Below, one piece after another: positions 1-8,646 of a stretch of DNA of 42,145 nucleotides (positions within the stretch are counted from its first letter, which is position 1; each line of letters begins with the position of its first letter). The notes beneath the pieces are model-generated. The model saw only the letters and a program-made list of their open reading frames with translations, was not told where the DNA came from and made no database searches. This DNA is from a virus. Its lineage: Duplodnaviria > Caudoviricetes. The stretch lies in the IMG/VR virus record IMGVR_UViG_3300024251_000018, positions 1 to 42,145 of that record; one strand, 5' to 3'. The translations under genes were made by a program, and so were the position numbers.

Positions 1-132
1 TGTGGACAGAACAGGTGCATTATCGCCGCCCATGGCAGCGGTGCGCGCATCATATTTAGCGCCAGCGTCGGCTTTGCCAGCCGCTTCAAAAGCGTTTTTA
101 CCTTCAACAATGGCATTTCCGGCAGTTTCCCT
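1..132. repeat. Terminal direct repeat (left copy), likely a circular-assembly overlap
   Basis: 1-132 matches 42014-42145 except A6 vs G42019. Confidence 0.97.
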
Positions 133-954
133 TGTGCCAGGATTGCCAAGTTTGGACGCTGCGTTTGCAACCGCATTGCCTAGATCGGCAGTTTCTTGTT
201 CAACGATAGGCGCGACGGCTTGCTGCGCTCCCGGCGTTGACAAAGCCGCGCGCTGCAAAACTTCGGTTGTCGGCGTTCCTACGGTTGCAGCGGACGGACG
301 AATATTGAGGCGATTGGCAATATTGCCCAATTCGACACGCTGCGCATTTTGAGCCGCACGTTTCGCTGCCATCTGGCCAAATTTGTTGACGACCGCCCCG
401 CCAACAATATCGCCTATTTTGCCCCCTGCGGCCCCGCCAGCCGCTTCGCTAACCAGTCCGCGCGCATCGGTCGCGTCGCCGGTCATAAGGCCCCCTGCGG
501 CTCCCTGTGCGAATACACCGCCCGGAACAAGCAACGCGGGAGCCGCGCCCGCCACGTCGCCGACAAAGCGACCGAAACCTGACGGACGAACAGGCGCGGC
601 GTCCAATTTCGCTTGATGCTCTTGCGCTGCTTTTTGCGCATTCATTTGATAACCAAACATACCAGCTAGAGCATTGATCGGTTTAATAAGGCCGGTTTTG
701 TCTGCAACATATTGCTCGGCTTGTCCGATGCGCGCTAGGCCGTGGTGAATACCTTCCGTTAGACCGGCAAGAAAGCTAGTCGGTCGATTGTCCACAGGTG
801 GCGATGGCGCGGCTTTTGCAGTTGCGTTTGGCGTTCCCGCTGCTTGCGGAAATTGGCGCAAAACTTCCGCCTGAATGGCTGCTTGCGAAGCATTAGCAGG
901 GCCGGTTATCTGATAAGTTTTGCCATCTGGCGCGGCAATGCTATAAACGGACAT
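1..954 (-). CDS. 5' part of a 682-aa DNA ejection/internal virion protein (P22 gp16-like position), continuing across the circular junction to 40919
   Basis: ATG at 954 overlaps the upstream stop (TAATG); begins MSVYSIAAPDGKTYQITGP; I checked there is no stop from 954 to 1; in frame with 40919..42046; Ala/Gly-rich; last gene of the virion operon; missing from the ORF track. Confidence 0.8.
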   Translation of the reverse strand, partial: MSVYSIAAPDGKTYQITGPANASQAAIQAEVLRQFPQAAGTPNATAKAAPSPPVDNRPTSFLAGLTEGIHHGLARIGQAEQYVADKTGLIKPINALAGMFGYQMNAQKAAQEHQAKLDAAPVRPSGFGRFVGDVAGAAPALLVPGGVFAQGAAGGLMTGDATDARGLVSEAAGGAAGGKIGDIVGGAVVNKFGQMAAKRAAQNAQRVELGNIANRLNIRPSAATVGTPTTEVLQRAALSTPGAQQAVAPIVEQETADLGNAVANAASKLGNPGTRETAGNAIVEGKNAFEAAGKADAGAKYDARTAAMGGDNAPVLST

Positions 955-3002
955 TATTTCAATACCACGGCTTTTCCCCAACCTGAACTAGGTTGAGTGG
1001 CGGGTACAGCGGCTTTACCGCCATTGCGCAAAGCGTCTTGCGTATTGCGAATTTGTCCTGAAAGCGCATTTGTCGATGAAGCCATTTCCTTTTTAGCTTG
1101 TTCAATAATAGCCGAAACTTGTTGCGGCGTCGAAGCTGTGCTAAGATGCTTAAGCATTTCCTGCCTAGCGCCTTCTGCAACACCAGCCGAGCCGGTTGCA
1201 CCGGAAACAACTTTCGCATATTCGTTTGCAAAAGTGTTAATTGCTAGGCCAAATTTAGCAACATCTGGACTGCCTTGAACATTATTTCTATATGCTTGCT
1301 GCCAAGCGTTAATCATAGGCGAACCGCTACCGGCCGCACCTGTTCCCGCTGCTTGTACAACCAAATCGCCATTGGAAATAGCAGTGTTTTTTGCAGCCGA
1401 AACAACAGCGTTACGTTTGGTTAGATCACGAAGCGCCATTGCGTTTGCTTTGCGACCTTCTTTGACAAGCACCATTGCCGCGCCGTCATTGCCGTTGCCT
1501 TTTTGAATTTCAGCAGCGCGATTGTAAATTTGTGCTTTAAGGCCAGCGGCGGCTTTTCCCATACCGAGCGCGGGAATATCGCCACCGGCTGCAACTTGCT
1601 GCGCCAATGTTTCAATCGCATCGTGCGTAAGTGTAGGAACAGCATCTTCAGGCTTAGGCGCGCCGTGAATAACCGCAGGCGGACCACCGACAACAGCTTT
1701 CGAAGCCATTCCCGGCCCAGGTTCAATGTGGACATGATCCTTTTCGTTAATTACATCAAAACCGGGCATTTTCGCGCGAATTATTCCAGCAAAAGTTCCC
1801 ATGCTCATTCCGGCGGGTGGCACAATATCACGCGCATTATCGGTCAAATGATAACTATTTGCTACGCCGCCGACTTCTGCATTGTGGGCAGCACTACGTT
1901 GGCCGCTAGTTGGTTTTGCGCCAGGAACAAGCGAAAGAACGGTTGTCTCGATTTGATGACCCAAAGGCGGTCCTGTGTAATGACCGCCACCTGTGCCCAC
2001 AGGGGCAGTTGCACCGCCGTTGACAAGCGTTGATGTCGAACCTTCTGGCGTCGTTATATATTTAGGTTCCGGCGCAACCGATGCGATTTCCTTACCGCCG
2101 ACAAAACGAGTTTGCCCTTGCCCTAGCGTGTAAGGCTCATTAGCTTTAGCAGCAACAGCAGCGGCGGTTTCTTGCTGTTTTATATAATCAGCATAAGTTG
2201 TCGCGCTTTGAATAACATTATTCAAACCTTGATCGCTCAAATCACCAGACGCAAATTGCTTAATATGTTCAGCATCCCAACCGTGCGCAGCAAACTGCGG
2301 TGCCATAGCAGCAACAGCTTGTGTACGTTGTTCAACAGGAACATTTTTCAAAGTTGCAATTAACGGAACACTTTTTTGCGCAATGTCTAGTAATTGAGCA
2401 TGATCTTCTGCGTTCAAATCGCTAAACTGTTTTGCACCAGTTAGATTGCCAGCATTAAGCAGCAAATTACGCGCGCCAGTAGCATCGCCTTTTGCATACA
2501 TTTGCGCCGCTTGTGTCGTCAAGGCTTGATCCTTGATCGATTTAATCATAGGCTGCACTTGTGCGGCTAATTGTGGATTAGTCTGTGCGAGCGTTGAAAA
2601 TGCTTCTGTGTCATTTGGGTTTTGAATAAGCGCGCCGAACGCATTTTTGCTAATGCGATCTTCCAAGCCCGGTTGATATCCAGGTTTAGCGCCGCCAATA
2701 GCCGCGATAATATCAGCAATATGACCAAGGCCACCTAGAAACCCCTGCGGGCCATTGAAAAAGCCGTTAGGATGCTGCGCTTTAGTTGCTTGCAACATCG
2801 GCAAATCGCTCAACGATTGTTTAGGAACAAGGTTTTGCATTGTCGGAAATTGCGAAGTGTCGATAGGCGGCATTGGCATGGGTGCAGACTGCGGTTGCGT
2901 AACCGTAGTGTCGCTTCCGTAAATAGATGGATCAATTTGCAATTGCGGCGTTTCCGGCTGCAAATAGTTCATGTCGGGAAGTTTAGCAAAAGCGTTTTTC
3001 AT
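954..3002 (-). CDS. DNA ejection protein with an internal peptidase M15-like (zinc DD-peptidase) domain
   Basis: Position after the gp7-like gene; Ala/Gln-rich helical regions; motifs TSGQRS-x-AHN-x3-GGVANSYHLTDNARD and DHVHIE. Confidence 0.75.
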   Translation of the reverse strand: MKNAFAKLPDMNYLQPETPQLQIDPSIYGSDTTVTQPQSAPMPMPPIDTSQFPTMQNLVPKQSLSDLPMLQATKAQHPNGFFNGPQGFLGGLGHIADIIAAIGGAKPGYQPGLEDRISKNAFGALIQNPNDTEAFSTLAQTNPQLAAQVQPMIKSIKDQALTTQAAQMYAKGDATGARNLLLNAGNLTGAKQFSDLNAEDHAQLLDIAQKSVPLIATLKNVPVEQRTQAVAAMAPQFAAHGWDAEHIKQFASGDLSDQGLNNVIQSATTYADYIKQQETAAAVAAKANEPYTLGQGQTRFVGGKEIASVAPEPKYITTPEGSTSTLVNGGATAPVGTGGGHYTGPPLGHQIETTVLSLVPGAKPTSGQRSAAHNAEVGGVANSYHLTDNARDIVPPAGMSMGTFAGIIRAKMPGFDVINEKDHVHIEPGPGMASKAVVGGPPAVIHGAPKPEDAVPTLTHDAIETLAQQVAAGGDIPALGMGKAAAGLKAQIYNRAAEIQKGNGNDGAAMVLVKEGRKANAMALRDLTKRNAVVSAAKNTAISNGDLVVQAAGTGAAGSGSPMINAWQQAYRNNVQGSPDVAKFGLAINTFANEYAKVVSGATGSAGVAEGARQEMLKHLSTASTPQQVSAIIEQAKKEMASSTNALSGQIRNTQDALRNGGKAAVPATQPSSGWGKAVVLK

Positions 3003-3499
3003 ATGCCAAATCCCGGAATTTTGGCCAATCCAGCCGCAGCGGAACCTATGCCGCTTGCAACGTTACCGATTGCGCCAAACAATCCTTGAGTACCGCCCGT
3101 TTGAGTACCACCAGCACCGCCAATCAAACTCCCAGCCTGAACGCCAGAAGTCCCCAAACCGCCCAACTGTTGCAAATATTGCGAGAAATAATTAGCACCT
3201 AGATTAGCAGAATTATTCTGTAAAGCCTTCAATGTTGAACCTGAACCAAGCAAACCTCTAGCAGCAGCCGATCCGGTAATTCCTGCATTGGACTGTTTAA
3301 GAACGTTCTGATAACCAGCCGAATTGAGGAAATTCTGATAGCCAGTTTGAGCCGCCGCAGGATCGCCGCCGATACCCAATAGACCCGCTAAAGCATTATT
3401 AGCTTGGACGCCAGTTTGCACTTGCGGGGCGTAAGTGTCTTTTAAATAGCCGTAAGCTTGGTTACTAGATTTTGCAGCTTTCCCGGTTAAAAATGACAT
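2999..3499 (-). CDS. DNA ejection/pilot protein (P22 gp7-like)
   Basis: Start refined to MSFLTGK (ATG 3499); Gly/Ala-rich with SAAARGLLGSGSTLKALQ motif typical of this family; synteny. Confidence 0.75.
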   Translation of the reverse strand: MSFLTGKAAKSSNQAYGYLKDTYAPQVQTGVQANNALAGLLGIGGDPAAAQTGYQNFLNSAGYQNVLKQSNAGITGSAAARGLLGSGSTLKALQNNSANLGANYFSQYLQQLGGLGTSGVQAGSLIGGAGGTQTGGTQGLFGAIGNVASGIGSAAAGLAKIPGFGI

Positions 3500-3891
3500 T
3501 GTGAACGCTCCAAAATAAACAATTCCACAGGCCCATTGACCGTTTGGATCATACCATAGGAAGTAAAGCCGAGCATCCGCGTGAACAAGCGGGCGGCTCT
3601 GCAATGAGCCGGGGTGAGCCCTTTTAGCACCTTCGCTCGATACTGGTCAAATGCAATTTTAACCATCTTTCTGCCCACAAAGAGAGCCTTAGCGCCTCGA
3701 TCCGCGAAGATTGCATGAACTTGCCACGTTGATCCTTCGCACTCTAGAAGCCCTATGTTTCGGCCATCCGTGAGGGCGACGTTCAAAGGGTTAGCCAGCC
3801 ATTCCGCCGCATCGAAACCTCGATCCAAGTCTGCCATGTGGGCAGAAACCGCTTTAGTTAAAAATTCAACATTTCCGGTTGGTATAATCAT
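3487..3891 (-). CDS. GNAT-like virion assembly protein (P22 gp14 / DUF2824-like)
   Basis: Start refined to MIIPTGN (3891); WQVHAIF and GLTPAHCRAARLFTRMLGF resemble a GNAT C-terminal motif; located just before the ejection genes. Confidence 0.65.
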   Translation of the reverse strand: MIIPTGNVEFLTKAVSAHMADLDRGFDAAEWLANPLNVALTDGRNIGLLECEGSTWQVHAIFADRGAKALFVGRKMVKIAFDQYRAKVLKGLTPAHCRAARLFTRMLGFTSYGMIQTVNGPVELFILERSQCHF

Positions 3892-3892
3892 G

Positions 3893-4753
3893 TTAATACC
3901 CATATAACCAGAATGTAGACCCTGATGCAAAGGCGTTTCCATTGCCATCAAGAATGACAATATCTGTTATAACAGAAGTATTGTTCCACCAACCAGATGC
4001 ACCGCCCTCTATAGGCCCAATGTTACCTTGCTCGCTGCTTAGCCGCCCTATAGCTTTTTTTACTTGGGACCCTATATAGTTGAATATGTCTATTTTGGTT
4101 GATCCAAAAGGAACTCCCGAAGTACCTGCGCTATTATTCAAACTTAAAAACATGGAAGTAGCCGAACCGCTATTTGCACCAAAACCTGTACCGCCTCCAC
4201 CGCCGTATGTTCCGAAAACACGATATAGATAATTAGCCCCTGTATCTCCATTGAATTGAATAGTTAAAGCCGCTGACGTAGTGCTATTATTTAAGACAGA
4301 ACCATGATCTCCCATTATTAACAGGTGGTTATAGGATGCGGGAATAGAGTTGAAAGATAAAGAAGTCTCGACACCTGTCGAAACAACAGTTCCAATTAAT
4401 GGCAATCCTCCACTACCGCCAGAAATAGCAACATCAACCGCCCCCGTTAACCGCCCTTGCTGGTCAACTGTAATTTGCGGAACATGTGTAGCGTCGCCGT
4501 AAGTTCCGGGTGTAACGGCCGTATCCGCCAGCGACAACGTAACATTGGCAGAGATATTACCACCGCCGCTCAATCCAGTCCCCGGAATAATATCAGTCGC
4601 ACTTAAAATCGCTTCAAGTTGCGCTAATGTTATTCCTTGTTGAATATCAATCTGCCGCTGTTGCGCCCAGCGAATAAAAAAATCAGTAGGTGTACCGTCA
4701 TCATTGACGACTTTTATCTTATTTTGTAGCGGCTGGATTGGATCATTTGCCAT
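3893..4753 (-). CDS. Tail needle/fibre-like protein
   Basis: Start refined to MANDPIQ (4753); fibre motif LADTAVTPGTYGDATHVPQITVDQQGRLT; AT-rich beta-rich C-terminal domain ending FWLYGY. Confidence 0.65.
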   Translation of the reverse strand: MANDPIQPLQNKIKVVNDDGTPTDFFIRWAQQRQIDIQQGITLAQLEAILSATDIIPGTGLSGGGNISANVTLSLADTAVTPGTYGDATHVPQITVDQQGRLTGAVDVAISGGSGGLPLIGTVVSTGVETSLSFNSIPASYNHLLIMGDHGSVLNNSTTSAALTIQFNGDTGANYLYRVFGTYGGGGGTGFGANSGSATSMFLSLNNSAGTSGVPFGSTKIDIFNYIGSQVKKAIGRLSSEQGNIGPIEGGASGWWNNTSVITDIVILDGNGNAFASGSTFWLYGY

Positions 4754-5537
4754 CGTCATTAACATCAAAGCTATCGACGCGCGTAAAAGCGCCATTATCA
4801 ACCAACTTGAACAAACGTCCTGGCGCATTTATCTGACCAAGCGAACGCCATGAAAATATTTGTGACATATCATCAGGCGTAACCGTTATTGTTCCTTTAT
4901 TATCAAATGTCGCGCCTGCATCGTCACTTGTGTAAAGCGTTACGCCCGCTCCGGTAAAGGAAGGTGCGCCTAAATTAGCGGTCAAAAACGTCACATAGCA
5001 AGGTAGCGAAGTACGCCCGCGAATAGCAACTTGCGCCATGTAAATGCGCTCAAAACTCTGCGGATCGCTTGATCCGTTTACAGCGTCATCGTCATAACCT
5101 TGACGCGGATTAAGCATCCAAAGCAAACCAAACGTATCATCACCAACTACAACATTGCTATTAAAGCCGTCGCGAAACGCTAAAGCCGTTCCGCCAAGCC
5201 AATTTGCGCCGACATTTGCGCGCCAGAAATTCAAATCGCCGCTTGTCCATTCCTGCCATGTTTCCATTGTTGCATCATAAATAAGCGAAGTTTGATCGCC
5301 AAGGCGCAATACGTAATAATCGTGGCCGTCCAACGTATAAGTCCACGCTCGCAATTTAGGATGGGCAACGCGACCCAGCACAGCCGCCAAAACGCGCGCT
5401 TGCGGCATTCTTATAGGTACAGATGCCTTAGCAGACGCTAAAACACGCGCTTCTGGCGACGCAACCCCGTTACTAGGAAAGTTAATAACCCCTAAAACGC
5501 GACCTAAAGGCGCTTGTATGCCAACCGCCACAACCAT
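4743..5537 (-). CDS. P22 gp10-like tail nozzle / packaged-DNA stabilisation protein, C-terminal half
   Basis: AWTYTLDGHDYYVL..YDATMETWQEW, SDDAGATF and WRSLG..GRLF match the C-terminal half of gp10-family proteins. Confidence 0.7.
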   Translation of the reverse strand: MVVAVGIQAPLGRVLGVINFPSNGVASPEARVLASAKASVPIRMPQARVLAAVLGRVAHPKLRAWTYTLDGHDYYVLRLGDQTSLIYDATMETWQEWTSGDLNFWRANVGANWLGGTALAFRDGFNSNVVVGDDTFGLLWMLNPRQGYDDDAVNGSSDPQSFERIYMAQVAIRGRTSLPCYVTFLTANLGAPSFTGAGVTLYTSDDAGATFDNKGTITVTPDDMSQIFSWRSLGQINAPGRLFKLVDNGAFTRVDSFDVNDDGK

Positions 5538-6631
5538 TAAGTTGTCCTATTGATTTGAATATTTGCAGCGTTTACCGCAGCCACAGTCCAAGGCGCAGCG
5601 GTTGCAGGATCTTCCTCGCTAATATCCATCCAATAAGTTTGAGCAACCGTAATAACGCGATCAGCGCCTAAATCGGTACTAACGCCGCTAATAAGGCCGA
5701 CTTGCAAAGTTGCATCGCCGCCGTCAGTTTTCGCCGCGCGAACCTGCGTCATCAATCCTTTAACGCTTGTAATATCAGGCGGCAAAGATGTTAACGTGCC
5801 CACATAGGCGGCGGGTGGCGGACTTCCGGCCGTGATATAATCACTCGCATCAACTGGCGGACTGCGGTTCAAAATATCCCAACCGTGCGTCGATCCTGTT
5901 GGCGTCCAATTCAAAGAAACGTCGCTATCTGGCGTAATATCTACAACCGAACAAGTGCCAATAAAATCAGTATTGTGAGCACCACTTGTGTTCCAAACAA
6001 TAAAATCTTTTAGATACATTGCAACGCTAGTTGACGTTCCAGTAGGACGACTTTGCACACTTACTTGCGCAATATCAGTTGCACCTAAATTTAATCCTGT
6101 TAATGTAATTACAGGTATACCTTCTACTCTAACTTCAACCGTTCCAACCGTTGCGCTTCTAAACACCTTAGTTTCTATATGATACCAACCATCGGCTGTT
6201 ACTATAGGACCGCCGCTATCGCCTAAAACAGTGCCAGTCCAATTTCCCGATCTAACGGAAATTATTCCAGTTGTACCGATAGTAACGCTTACAATTGCAT
6301 TATTACCAACATCAGCAAATTCGTGAGGAACGGGAATATTATTACCAGTTTGCGGCAAAGCAGCAAGCCAAGTGCGAGATGCTATTCCAAGTGTCGCAAT
6401 TGCTCCGCTTGGTAACGCATAGCGAATATGCGAAGCGTTGTTAGCGCCACCGTAACTATCTTGATCCATGCGAAAAACGATATCGCCACTTCCATCAGGG
6501 TCAGCGACAAGTGTAACGCCGTCAGTTCCCACACCGCCAGCGGTGCCGCCAATGCTCGCATAAACGCCATCTAGGAGAAAATTCTTATTCGTGCCATAAG
6601 CGCCGAAATTATCCATAAACACAATGCTCAT
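5537..6631 (-). CDS. Virion structural protein, beta-sandwich (LamG/concanavalin-like), lying between the two gp10 halves
   Basis: 364 aa, Thr/Gly/Val-rich; WYHIETKV..GTVEVRVEG motif; translationally coupled at both ends. Confidence 0.55.
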   Translation of the reverse strand: MSIVFMDNFGAYGTNKNFLLDGVYASIGGTAGGVGTDGVTLVADPDGSGDIVFRMDQDSYGGANNASHIRYALPSGAIATLGIASRTWLAALPQTGNNIPVPHEFADVGNNAIVSVTIGTTGIISVRSGNWTGTVLGDSGGPIVTADGWYHIETKVFRSATVGTVEVRVEGIPVITLTGLNLGATDIAQVSVQSRPTGTSTSVAMYLKDFIVWNTSGAHNTDFIGTCSVVDITPDSDVSLNWTPTGSTHGWDILNRSPPVDASDYITAGSPPPAAYVGTLTSLPPDITSVKGLMTQVRAAKTDGGDATLQVGLISGVSTDLGADRVITVAQTYWMDISEEDPATAAPWTVAAVNAANIQINRTT

Positions 6632-7893
6632 AGCAAAGCCGCCTGTTTTTGCATCGCTTCGCGAATGCGTTCTTCAACACTAGAATTACTAACGCGCTTA
6701 ATGCCGCCTTCAATTTGAAAAACGCCACCATCGCTATCGACAATTATCATGCTTGTTTTGACTTGAATTGCGGTGCCTTCCCAAGTTCCGCGATCAAAAG
6801 TAATACCTTGTAGCCGCGTTACCGGCGCATCAATATCGCCTGTAAAATACCAAACTTCTGTAGTGGTTTGTCCCGGCAACCAAAATTGATCGCCAAAAAC
6901 CACAACTTCAAAAATAGGGTCTGGCGCACGTTCAGCGGTGGCAAAATCTAACGGATCAATGATAATCTCACCTGGATTTATCCAATAAAAGCGACCGTTG
7001 ACACCTTGACCTTGCGCTGGAATGACAACAATGTAACTGGCAATATAAGCCACGCTAATCGCGCCAACGTCATCCGGCACAACCACATTCAACACACTAG
7101 GATCGCCACCGTTAGCGAGCGTTGCGCCGCCACTGGACCATGCCAGAGCCGCGCCTGTCTCAGTGGCGACCACACCGTCCCCTATAATGCCCACAGCAAG
7201 CGCCCTGACCCTTACCTGTGTGTTGTCAGCCTCATAGGCTTGCGCCTGTGTGTTGGCCACCAGAAGGGCCGTAGAATAGCTCGTACCGGGCACTCCAGTT
7301 GCGTTGATCGCATCCTTGGCGTTCGTAAAGGCGGCGAGGCTGTCAACGCCTAGAGCGATCAACCAAGGATTAGCACCTGTTCCGGCCGGGGTCCCTGCAT
7401 CAACCGAACCGCTTGTCCATTTATAATGAATTGAACCTAAAACAAAAATGTCATTATTCGCGGGCGTTCCTACAAGGTCGCCGCGCGCATAGCCATTTTC
7501 AATGTAAACATACAAATTGCGACCGTCAGCAATAAACAAATATTCCGGTGTACTTCCAATATTGCCAGTCGCAGCCATGCTAACATTGCCATTAGCACCG
7601 CCGAACAAACTGCCAACAATGAATGTCAGCACTTCGTCAGTTGTTAGTGTGTAAAGTTCATCGTAGCTAACGATAAACAATTGATCGTGAAAACTTCCAG
7701 GTTGGCTATAGACAGCACGAATTGGACCATTTCCAACTTCAATGAACCGCATCAAGCCAGGGCGATCAATCAACGCAACTTGCTGGTCAGTCAGTACCGG
7801 ATTTTGTTCAAAATAACGATTGCGTAGCGGAAGCCGCGCTTCCTTCGCGACTTCACGAAACCAATCGGTTTTGCCAAGAGGAACATTAGGCAT
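6628..7893 (-). CDS. P22 gp10-like tail nozzle protein, N-terminal half, with an inserted domain
   Basis: RPGL..GNGPIRAVY, DPLDFATAERAPD, TTEVWYFTG and KRVSNSSVEERIR match the N-terminal part of gp10-family proteins. Confidence 0.75.
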   Translation of the reverse strand: MPNVPLGKTDWFREVAKEARLPLRNRYFEQNPVLTDQQVALIDRPGLMRFIEVGNGPIRAVYSQPGSFHDQLFIVSYDELYTLTTDEVLTFIVGSLFGGANGNVSMAATGNIGSTPEYLFIADGRNLYVYIENGYARGDLVGTPANNDIFVLGSIHYKWTSGSVDAGTPAGTGANPWLIALGVDSLAAFTNAKDAINATGVPGTSYSTALLVANTQAQAYEADNTQVRVRALAVGIIGDGVVATETGAALAWSSGGATLANGGDPSVLNVVVPDDVGAISVAYIASYIVVIPAQGQGVNGRFYWINPGEIIIDPLDFATAERAPDPIFEVVVFGDQFWLPGQTTTEVWYFTGDIDAPVTRLQGITFDRGTWEGTAIQVKTSMIIVDSDGGVFQIEGGIKRVSNSSVEERIREAMQKQAALL

Positions 7894-8646
7894 TTACCAA
7901 GGCCACCCGTTGCCGCCAAAATTCCAACCGTAAGGACCGTTACCGTTAAAACTGGTCGCATCATATTCGCTAAGACGAAGCACGGCTGCATCCGCAGGCG
8001 TCACAACCGTTTGCGCATATCTCGCGGTGATTTGACGCTTCCAACGCTTCAATGCTTGAATTGTGCTATCTTGTGCCAACGCATTATTGCGAGGATCAAG
8101 CCTAATAGCCAGCATTGTAATAAAATAGTCGTCAAATTCTTCTGGAAAAGGCATCTCGTCAGAAGAAAGCAACCGCGTGTATCGTATCCAATTGCCAAGG
8201 TCAGCGCGGAAAATCCACGCGCCTGCTAAATCATCGCTATCGATAACAAGCGTTGCAGCGCCGTCAATGAGATAACCGTTACCATCAAGAGTTAACGGAT
8301 TAGTCGCAAAAACGCCATTTGTGGGCACAACAGAAACCCTAGAGCCGTCGCAAGGTTGAATTGGTAAAAAGATAATTTGCGGACTATCGACATTGTAAAT
8401 TAGCCGCACATTGATTGGCGGATATTGCCAAAAAACAGCATTCCAACTATAAGGAAAAGTGACATTAAGATTACCAATTGGCCAGTTATTGAGCTTTTCG
8501 CCAACCTCATTGCCAATAGTTGATAGCAAAATGGAGTTTAGACGTGTCAAGGCTTCGCGCCCTTGAACTGGCGTCGGATTGTTCAATTCGCCTAAAAGGT
8601 TGGTTTCATCATAGGCGCGTTCAAGTATCTCACTAACTTGCGTCAC
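7894..8646 (-). CDS. Head-to-tail adaptor (P22 gp4-like), paralogue 2
   Basis: N-terminal helix ..EALTRLNSILLS and C-terminal MPFPEEFDDYFITMLAIRLDPR; synteny. Confidence 0.65.
   Translation of the reverse strand: MTQVSEILERAYDETNLLGELNNPTPVQGREALTRLNSILLSTIGNEVGEKLNNWPIGNLNVTFPYSWNAVFWQYPPINVRLIYNVDSPQIIFLPIQPCDGSRVSVVPTNGVFATNPLTLDGNGYLIDGAATLVIDSDDLAGAWIFRADLGNWIRYTRLLSSDEMPFPEEFDDYFITMLAIRLDPRNNALAQDSTIQALKRWKRQITARYAQTVVTPADAAVLRLSEYDATSFNGNGPYGWNFGGNGWPW

Noticed and set aside
1-132. Terminal repeat as a biological DTR
   Set aside because: It lies mid-gene and has a length typical of an assembler overlap; a PBSX-type terminase suggests headful packaging.
1-3002. Two adjacent ejection proteins both exactly 682 aa
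   Set aside because: No visible sequence similarity between them; treated as coincidence.
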